Shown: piece by piece, positions 53,901-64,000 of the stretch
Layout of the letters: the number at the start of each line of letters is the position of its first letter
Numbering within the stretch: the stretch's first letter is position 1
From: Leptogorgia sarmentosa
Lineage: Eukaryota
Assembly (NCBI GenBank): GCA_964658305.1
Contig: OZ210885.1
Location: forward strand, 14,136,001 to 14,200,000
Length of the DNA: 64,000 nucleotides
Direction of reading: 5' to 3'
Notes under the pieces: generated by a model
What the model was told of the DNA's origin: nothing
Seen by the model: the letters and a program-made list of their open reading frames with translations, nothing else
Database searches by the model: none
Translations under genes and position numbers: made by a program

Positions 53901-56900
53901 GTTAAATGATAGCAAAATTTCACCACATTTAACCAACCTTGATAAATTAAATGCCACATCGTCAATGACTAAAAAAAACAAGGTTGCTTTTTTATGAAAG
54001 CTGTTAGAGAAGTTGGTTAAATTATAGCAAAATTTCACCACATTTATCAAACCTTGATAAATTAAACGCCACATCATCAATGACTCAAAAAAACAAGGTT
54101 GCTTTTTTATGAAAGCTGTTAGAGAAGTTGGTTAAATTATAGCAAAATTTCACCACATTTAACCAACCTTGATAAATTAAATGCCACATTGTCAATGACT
54201 CAAAAAAACAAGGTTGCTTCTTCATATATCACTGTTATGAAGGGTGTTGGAGAAGTTGGTTAAATTATAGCAAAATTTCACGACATTTAACCAACCTTGA
54301 TAAATTAAATGCCACATGGTCAATGACTCAAAAAAACAAGGTTGCTTCTTCATATATCACTGTTATGAAGGGTGTTAGAGAAGTTGGTTAAAATATACCA
54401 AAATTTCACCACATTTAACCAACCTTGATAAATTAAATGCCACATCGTCAATGACTCAAAAAAACAAGGTTGCTTTTTTATGAAAGGTGTTAGAGAAGTT
54501 GGTTAAATGATAGCAAAATTTCACCACATTTAACCAACCTTGATAAATTAAATGCCACATCGTCAATGACTAAAAAAAACAAGGTTGCTTTTTTATGAAA
54601 GCTGTTAGAGAAGTTGGTTAAATTATAGCAAAATTTCACCACATTTATCAAACCTTGATAAATTAAATGCCACATCATCAATGACTCAAAAAAACAAGGT
54701 TGCTTTTTTATGAAAGCTGTTAGAGAAGTTGGTTAAATTATAGCAAAATTTCACCACATTTAACCAACCTTGATAAATTAAATGCCACATTGTCAATGAC
54801 TCAAAAAAACAAGGTTGCTTCTTCATATATCACTGTTATGAAGGGTGTTGGAGAAGTTGGTTAAATTATAGCAAAATTTCACGACATTTAACCAACCTTG
54901 ATAAATTAAATGCCACATGGTCAATGACTCAAAAAAACAAGGTTGCTTCTTCATATATCACTGTTATGAAGGGTGGTAGAGAAGTTGGTTAAAATATACC
55001 AAAATTTCACCACATTTAACCAACCTTGATAAATTAAATGCCACATCGTCAATGACTCAAAAAAACAAGGTTGCTTGTTCATATATCACTGTTATGAAGG
55101 GTGTTAGAGAAGTTCGTTAAAATATAGCAACATTTCGCCACATTGAACCAACCTTGATAAATTAAACGCCACATTGTCAATGACTCAAAAAAACAAGGTT
55201 GCTTCTTCATATATCACTGTTATGAAGGGTGTTGGAGAAGTTGGTTAAATTATAGCAAAATTTCACCACATTAAACCAACCTTGATAAATTAAACGCCAC
55301 ATCATCAATGACTCAAAAAAACAAGGTTGCTTTTTTATGAAGGGTGTTAGAGAAGTTGGTTAAATTATAGCAAAATTTCATCACATTTAACCAACCTTGA
55401 TAAATTAAACGCCACATTGTGAATGACTCAAAAAAACAAGGTTGCTTCTTCATATATCACTGTTATGAAGGGTGTTAGAGAAGTTGGTTTAAATAAAGCA
55501 ACATTTCACCACATTTAACCAACCTTGATAAATTAAACGCCACATTGTCAATGACTAAAAAAACAAGGTTGCGTTTTTATGAAGGGTTTTAGAGAAGTTG
55601 GTTAAATTATAGCAAAATTTCACCACATTTAACCAACCTTGATAAATTAAACGCCACATTGTGAATGACTAAAAAAAACAAGGTTGCTTCTTCATATATC
55701 ACTGTTATGAAGGGTGTTAGAGAAGTTGGTTTAAATAAAGCAACATTTCACCACATTTAACCAACCTTGATAAATTAAATGCCACATCGTCAATGACTAA
55801 AAAAAACAAGGTTGCTTTTTTATGAAAGCTGTTAGAGAAGTTGGTTAAATTATAGCAAAATTTCACCACATTTATCAAACCTTGATAAATTAAACGCCAC
55901 ATCATCAATGACTCAAAAAAACAAGGTTGCTTTTTTATGAAAGCTGTTAGAGAAGTTGGTTAAATTATAGCAAAATTTCACCACATTTAACCAACCTTGA
56001 TAAATTAAATGCCACATTGTCAATGACTCAAAAAAACAAGGTTGCTTCTTCATATATCACTGTTATGAAGGGTGTTGGAGAAGTTGGTTAAATTATAGCA
56101 AAATTTCACGACATTTAACCAACCTTGATAAATTAAATTCCACATGGTCAATGACTCAAAAAAACAAGGTTGCTTCTTCATATATCACTGTTATGAAGGG
56201 TGTTAGAGAAGTTGGTTAAAACATACCAAAATTTCACCACATTTAACCAACCTTGATAAATTAAATGCCACATCGTCAATGACTCAAAAAAACAAGGTTG
56301 CTTTTTTATGAAAGGTGTTAGAGAAGTTGGTTAAATGATAGCAAAATTTCACCACATTTAACCAACCTTGATAAATTAAATGCCACATCGTCAATGACTA
56401 AAAAAAACAAGGTTGCTTTTTTATGAAAGCTGTTAGAGAAGTTGGTTAAATTATAGCAAAATTTCACCACATTTATCAAACCTTGATAAATTAAACGCCA
56501 CATCATCAATGACTCAAAAAAACAAGGTTGCTTTTTTATGAAAGCTGTTAGAGAAGTTGGTTAAATTATAGCAAAATTTCACCACATTTAACCAACCTTG
56601 ATAAATTAAATGCCACATTGTCAATGACTCAAAAAAACAAGGTTGCTTCTTCATATATCACTGTTATGAAGGGTGTTGGAGAAGTTGGTTAAATTATAGC
56701 AAAATTTCACGACATTTAACCAACCTTGATAAATTAAACGCCACATTGTCAATGACTAAAAAAAACAAGGTTGCTTTTTTATGAAGGGTGTTAGAGAATT
56801 TGGGTAAATTATAGCAAAATTTCACCACATTTATCCAACCTTGATAAATTAAACGCCACTTTGTCAATGACTCAAAAAACAAGGTTGCTTCTTCATATAT

Positions 56901-59580
56901 CACTGTTATTAACAGTGTTAGAGAAGTTGGTTTAAATATAGCAAAATTTCACCACATTTAACCAACCTTGATAAATTAAACGCCACATTGTCAATGACTA
57001 AAAAAAACAAGGTTGCTTTTTTATGAAGGGTGTTAGAGAAGTTGGTTAAATTATAGCAAAATTTCACCACATTTAACCAACCTTGATAAATTAAATGCCA
57101 CATTGTGAATGACTCAAAAAAACAAGGTTGCTTCTTCATATATCACTGTTATGAAGGGTGTTAGAGAAGTTGGTTTAAATAAAGCAACATTTCACCACAT
57201 TTAACCAACCTTGATAAATTAAACGCCACATTGTCAATGACTCAAAAAACAAGGTTGCTTCTTCACATATCACTGTTACTAACGGTGTAAGAGAAGTTGG
57301 TTTATAGCAAAATATCACCACATTTAACCAACCTTGATAAATTAAACGCCACATCATCAATGACTAAAAAAAACAAGGTTACTTCTTCATATAACACTGT
57401 TATGAAGGGTGTTAGAGAAGTTGGTTAAATTATAGCAAAATTTCACCACATTTAACCAACCTTGATAAATTAAATGCCACATCGTCAATGACTAAAAAAA
57501 ACAAGGTTGCTTCTTCATATATCACTGTTATGAAGGGTGTTGGAGAAGTTGGTTAAATTATAGCAAAATTTCACGACATTTAACCAACCTTGATAAATTA
57601 AATTCCACATGGTCAATGACTCAAAAAAACAAGGTTGCTTTTTTATGAAGGGTGTTAGAGAAGTTGGTTAAATTATAGCAAAATTTCACCACATTTAACC
57701 AACCTTGATAAATTAAATGCCACATCGTCAATGACTAAAAAAAACAAGGTTGCTTTTTTATGAAAGGTGTTAGAGAAGTTGGTTAAATTATAGCAAAATT
57801 TCACCACATTTATCAAACCTTGATAAATTAAATGCCACATTGTCAATGACTCAAAAAACAAGGTTGCTTCTTCATATATCACTGTTATTAACAGTGTTAG
57901 AGTAGTTGGTTTATAGCAAAATTTCACCACATTTAACCAACCTTGATAAATTAAATGCCACATTGTCAATGACTCAAAAAAACAAGGTTGCTTCTTCATA
58001 TATCACTGTTATGAAGGGTGTTGGAGAAGTTGGTTAAATTATAGCAAAATTTCACGACATTTAACCAACCTTGATAAATTAAATTCCACATGGTCAATGA
58101 CTCAAAAAAACAAGGTTGCTTCTTCATATATCACTGTTATGAAGGGTGTTAGAGAAGTTGGTTAAAACATACCAAAATTTCACCACATTTAACCAACCTT
58201 GATAAATTAAATGCCACATCGTCAATGACTCAAAAAAACAAGGTTGCTTTTTTATGAAAGGTGTTAGAGAAGTTGGTTAAATGATAGCAAAATTTCACCA
58301 CATTTAACCAACCTTGATAAATTAAATGCCACATCGTCAATGACTAAAAAAAACAAGGTTGCTTTTTTATGAAAGCTGTTAGAGAAGTTGGTTAAATTAT
58401 AGCAAAATTTCACCACATTTATCAAACCTTGATAAATTAAACGCCACATCATCAATGACTCAAAAAAACAAGGTTGCTTTTTTATGAAAGCTGTTAGAGA
58501 AGTTGGTTAAATTATAGCAAAATTTCACCACATTTAACCAACCTTGATAAATTAAATGCCACATTGTCAATGACTCAAAAAAACAAGGTTGCTTCTTCAT
58601 ATATCACTGTTATGAAGGGTGTTGGAGAAGTTGGTTAAATTATAGCAAAATTTCACGACATTTAACCAACCTTGATAAATTAAATGCCACATGGTCAATG
58701 ACTCAAAAAAACAAGGTTGCTTCTTCATATATCACTGTTATGAAGGGTGTTAGAGAAGTTGGTTAAAATATACCAAAATTTCACCACATTTAACCAACCT
58801 TGATAAATTAAATGCCACATCGTCAATGACTCAAAAAAACAAGGTTGCTTTTTTATGAAAGGTGTTAGAGAAGTTGGTTAAATGATAGCAAAATTTCACC
58901 ACATTTAACCAACCTTGATAAATTAAATGCCACATCGTCAATGACTAAAAAAAACAAGGTTGCTTTTTTATGAAAGCTGTTAGAGAAGTTGGTTAAATTA
59001 TAGCAAAATTTCACCACATTTATCAAACCTTGATAAATTAAATGCCACATCATCAATGACTCAAAAAAACAAGGTTGCTTTTTTATGAAAGCTGTTAGAG
59101 AAGTTGGTTAAATTATAGCAAAATTTCACCACATTTAACCAACCTTGATAAATTAAATGCCACATTGTCAATGACTCAAAAAAACAAGGTTGCTTCTTCA
59201 TATATCACTGTTATGAAGGGTGTTGGAGAAGTTGGTTAAATTATAGCAAAATTTCACGACATTTAACCAACCTTGATAAATTAAATGCCACATGGTCAAT
59301 GACTCAAAAAAACAAGGTTGCTTCTTCATATATCACTGTTATGAAGGGTGTTAGAGAAGTTGGTTAAAATATACCAAAATTTCACCACATTTAACCAACC
59401 TTGATAAATTAAATGCCACATCGTCAATGACTCAAAAAAACAAGGTTGCTTGTTCATATATCACTGTTATGAAGGGTGTTAGAGAAGTTCGTTAAAATAT
59501 AGCAACATTTCGCCACATTGAACCAACCTTGATAAATTAAACGCCACATTGTCAATGACTCAAAAAAACAAGGTTGCTTC
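48000..59580. repeat. 4375-bp higher-order repeat (about 36 monomers), about 2.6 tandem copies
   Basis: Identical spurious ORFs recur at exact 4375-bp offsets: 48168/52543/56918, 48923/53298/57673, 49514/53889/58264 and 50115/54490/58865. Confidence 0.93.
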
Positions 59581-62500
59581 TTCATATATCACTGTTATTA
59601 ACAGTGTTAGAGAAGTTGGTTTAAATATAGCAAAATTTCACCACATTTAACCAACCTTGATAAATTAAACGCCACATTGTCAATGACTCAAAAAAACAAG
59701 GTTGCTACTTCATATATCACTGTTATGAAGGGTGTTGGAGAAGTTGGTTAAATTATAGCAAAATTTCACCACATTAAACCAACCTTGATAAATTAAACGC
59801 CACATTGTCAATGACTCAAAAAAACAAGGTTGCTTCTTCATATATCACTGTTATGAAGGGTGTTAGAGAAGTTGGTTTAAATAAAGCAACATTTCACCAC
59901 ATTTAACCAACCTTGATAAATTAAACGCCACATTGTCAATGACTAAAAAAACAAGGTTGCTTCTTCACATATCACTGTTACTAACGGTGTTAGAGAAGTT
60001 GGTTTATAGCAAAATTTCACCACATTTAACCAACCTTGATAAATTAAACGCCACATCATCAATGACTCAAAAAAACAAGTTTGCTTCTTCATATAACACT
60101 GTTATGAAGGGTGTTGGAGAACTTGGTTAAATTATAGAAAAATTTCACCACATTTAACCAACCTTGATAAATTAAATGCCACATTGTCAATGACTCAAAA
60201 AAACAAGGTTGCTTCTTCATATATCACTGTTATGAAGGGTGTTGGAGAAGTTGGTTAAATTATAGCAAAATTTCACCACATTTAACCAATCTTGATAAAT
60301 TAAATGCCACATGGTCAATGACTCAAAAAAACAAGGTTGCTTCTTCATATATCACTGTTATGAAGGGTGTTAGAGAAGTTGATTAAAATATACCAAAATT
60401 TCACCACATTTAACCAACCTTGATAAATTAAATGCCACATCGTCAATGACTCAAAAAAACAAGGTTGCTTGTTCATATATCACTGTTGTGAAGGGTGTTG
60501 GAGAAGTTCGTTAAAATATAGCAACATTTCGCCACATTGAACCAACCTTGATAAATTAAACGCCACGTCGTCAATGGCTCAAAAAAACAAGGTTGCTTCT
60601 TCATATATCACTGTTATGAAGGGTGTTAGAGAAGTTGGTTTATAGCAAAATTTCACCACATTTAACCAACCTTGATAAATTAAACGCCACATCATCAATG
60701 ACTCAAAAAAACAAGGTTGCTTTTTTATGAAAGGTGTTAGAGAAGTTGGTTAAATTATAGCAAAATTTCACCACATTTATCCAACCTTGATAAATTAAAC
60801 GCCACTTTGTCAATGACTCAAAAAACAAGGTTGCTTCTTCATATATCACTGTTATTAACAGTGTTAGAGAAGTTGGTTTAAATATAGCAAAATTTCACCA
60901 CATTTAACCAACCTTGATAAATTAAACGCCACATTGTCAATGACTCAAAAAAACAAGGTTGCTTCTTCATATATCACTGTTATGAAGGGTGTTGGAGAAG
61001 TTGGTTAAATTATAGCAAAATTTCACCACATTTAAGCAACCTTGATAAATTAAACGCCACATCGTGAATGACTAAAAAAAACAAGGTTGCTTCTTCATAT
61101 ATCACTGTTATGAAGGGTGTTAGAGAAGTTGATTTAAATATAGCAAAATTTCACCACATTTAACCAACCTTGATAAATTAAATGCCACATCGTCAATGAC
61201 TAAAAAAAACAAGGTTGCTTTTTGATGAAAGGTGTTAGAGAAGTTGGTTAAATTATAGCAAAATTTCACCACATTTATCAAACCTTGATAAATTAAACGC
61301 CACATTGTCAATGACTCAAAAAACAAGGTTGCTTCTTCATATATCACTGTTATTAATGGTGTTAGAGAAGTTGGTTTATAGCAAAATTTCACCACATTTA
61401 ACCAACCTTGATAAATTAAACGCCACATCATCAATGACTCAAAAAAACAAGGTTGCTTTTTTATGAAGGGTGTTAGAGAATTTGGGTAAATTATAGCAAA
61501 ATTTCACCACACTTATCCAACCTTGATAAATTAAACGCCACATTGTCAATGACTCAAAAAACAAGGTTGCTTCTTCATATATCACTGTTATTAACAGTGT
61601 TAGAGAAGTTGGTTTAAATATAGCAAAATTTCACCACATTTAACCAACCTTGATAAATTAAACGCCACATTGTCAATGACTCAAAAAAAACAAGGTTGCT
61701 TCTTCATATATCACTGTTATGAAGGGTGTTAGAGAATTTGGGTAAATTATAGCAAAATTTCACCACATTTATCCAACCTTCATAAATTAAACGCCACTTT
61801 GTCAATGACTCAAAAAACAAGGTTGCTTCTTCATATATCACTGTTATGAAGGGTGTTAGAGAAGTTGGTTTAAATATAGCAAAATTTCACCACATTTAAC
61901 CACCCTTGATCAATTAAACGCCACATTGTCAATGACTCAAAAAAACAAGGTTGCTTTTTTATGAAGGGTGTTAGAGAAGTTGGTTAAATTATAGCATAAT
62001 TTCACCACATTTAACCAACCTTGATAAATTAAACGCCACATTGTCAATGACTCAAAAAAACAAGGTTGCGTTTTTATGAAGGGTTTTAGAGAAGTTGGTT
62101 AAATTATAGCAAAATTTCACCACATTTAACCAACCTTGATAAATTAAACGCCACATTGTGAATGACTAAAAAAAACAAGGTTGCTTCTTCATATATCACT
62201 GTTATGAAGGGTGTTAGAGAAGTTGGTTTAAATAAAGCAACATTTCACCACATTTAACCAACCTTGATAAATTAAATGCCACATCGTCAATGACTAAAAA
62301 AAACAAGGTTGCTTTTTTATGAAAGCTGTTAGAGAAGTTGGTTAAATTATAGCAAAATTTCACCACATTTATCAAACCTTGATAAATTAAACGCCACATC
62401 ATCAATGACTCAAAAAAACAAGGTTGCTTTTTTATGAAAGCTGTTAGAGAAGTTGGTTAAATTATAGCAAAATTTCACCACATTTAACCAACCTTGATAA

Positions 62501-64000
62501 ATTAAATGCCACATTGTCAATGACTCAAAAAAACAAGGTTGCTTCTTCATATATCACTGTTATGAAGGGTGTTGGAGAAGTTGGTTAAATTATAGCAAAA
62601 TTTCACGACATTTAACCAACCTTGATAAATTAAATTCCACATGGTCAATGACTCAAAAAAACAAGGTTGCTTCTTCATATATCACTGTTATGAAGGGTGT
62701 TAGAGAAGTTGGTTAAAACATACCAAAATTTCACCACATTTAACCAACCTTGATAAATTAAATGCCACATCGTCAATGACTCAAAAAAACAAGGTTGCTT
62801 TTTTATGAAAGGTGTTAGAGAAGTTGGTTAAATGATAGCAAAATTTCACCACATTTAACCAACCTTGATAAATTAAATGCCACATCGTCAATGACTAAAA
62901 AAAACAAGGTTGCTTTTTTATGAAAGCTGTTAGAGAAGTTGGTTAAATTATAGCAAAATTTCACCACATTTATCAAACCTTGATAAATTAAACGCCACAT
63001 CATCAATGATTCAAAAAAACAAGGTTGCTTTTTTATGAAAGCTGTTAGAGAAGTTGGTTAAATTATAGCAAAATTTCACCACATTTAACCAACCTTGATA
63101 AATTAAATGCCACATTGTCAATGACTCAAAAAAACAAGGTTGCTTCTTCATATATCACTGTTATGAAGGGTGTTGGAGAAGTTGGTTAAATTATAGCAAA
63201 ATTTCACGACATTTAACCAACCTTGATAAATTAAATGCCACATGGTCAATGACTCAAAAAAACAAGGTTGCTTCTTCATATATCACTGTTATGAAGGGTG
63301 TTAGAGAAGTTGGTTAAAATATACCAAAATTTCACCACATTTAACCAACCTTGATAAATTAAATGCCACATCGTCAATGACTCAAAAAAACAAGGTTGCT
63401 TGTTCATATATCACTGTTATGAAGGGTGTTAGAGAAGTTCGTTAAAATATAGCAACATTTCGCCACATTGAACCAACCTTGATAAATTAAACGCCACGTC
63501 GTCAATGGCTCAAAAAAACAAGGTTGCTTCTTCATATATCACTGTTATGAAGGGTGTTAGAGAAGTTGGTTAAATTATAGCAAAATTTCACCACATTTAA
63601 CCAACCTTAATAAATTAAACGCCACATTGTCAATGACTCAAAAAACAAGGTTGCTTCTTCATATATCACTGTTATGAAGGGTGTTGGAGAAGTTGGTTAA
63701 ATTATAGCAAAATTTCACGACATTTAACCAACCTTGATAAATTAAATGCCACATGGTCAATGACTCAAAAAAACAAGGTTGCTTCTTCATATATCACTGT
63801 TATGAAGGGTGTTAGAGAAGTTGGTTAAAATATACCAAAATTTCACCACATTTAACCAACCTTGATAAATTAAATGCCACATCGTCAATGACTCAAAAAA
63901 ACAAGGTTGCTTCTTCATATATCACTGTTATGAAGGGTGTTAGAGAATTTGGGTAAATTATAGCAAAATTTCACCACATTTATCCAACCTTCATAAATTA

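Larger units (their letters stand above)
8118..64000. repeat. Satellite DNA array, about 450 head-to-tail monomers of 128/127, 123/124, ~118 and 115 bp; continues past the window end
   Basis: Consensus (128 bp): TTATGAAGGGTGTTAGAGAAGTTGGTTAAATTATAGCAAAATTTCACCACATTTAACCAACCTTGATAAATTAAACGCCACATCGTCAATGACTCAAAAAAACAAGGTTGCTTCTTCATATATCACTG. The 115-bp class was measured directly (GACT at 8461 to GACT at 8576). All monomers are in one orientation and I saw no insertion. Confidence 0.99.

Noticed and set aside
8516..63006. More than 100 short ORFs (e.g. MWRLIYQGWLNVVKFCY...) on both strands
   Set aside because: They are chance translations of satellite monomers. Monomer lengths of 128, 127 and 115 bp are not multiples of three, so frames shift and stop constantly.
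8118..64000. CRISPR-like or other repeat-spacer array
   Set aside because: There are no unique spacers, the whole unit is repeated, no cas genes are present, and the context is eukaryotic with spliceosomal introns.

Overview
Eukaryotic, most likely invertebrate animal, repetitive DNA with no recognisable host gene. Bases 1-5681 are the 3' part of a two-gene animal-type EnSpm/CACTA (CMC superfamily) DNA transposon. It has an intronless DDE transposase ORF running in from the left edge (to 1738). A second gene with about 12 exons (1973-5034) encodes a DUF4806-type protein and is pseudogenised in this copy. An AACGTT-rich subterminal repeat and a ...GCTAGCTGGG terminus end the element at 5681. 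This element interrupts a decayed minus-strand coding remnant of another probable DNA transposon (about 5682-6747, tentatively Academ-like). After about 1.3 kb of unique AT-rich DNA, bases ~8118-64000 are one uninterrupted head-to-tail satellite array of roughly 450 monomers. The main monomer classes are 128/127 bp and 115 bp, and they carry internal inverted repeats. The array shows layered sequence subfamilies and many locally different higher-order repeats (254 bp to 5.8 kb). The many short ORFs in the array are artefacts of the repeat. I cannot claim a novel system with confidence. The best leads are the DUF4806 gene paired with helically phased ACGT sites, and the satellite's architecture.
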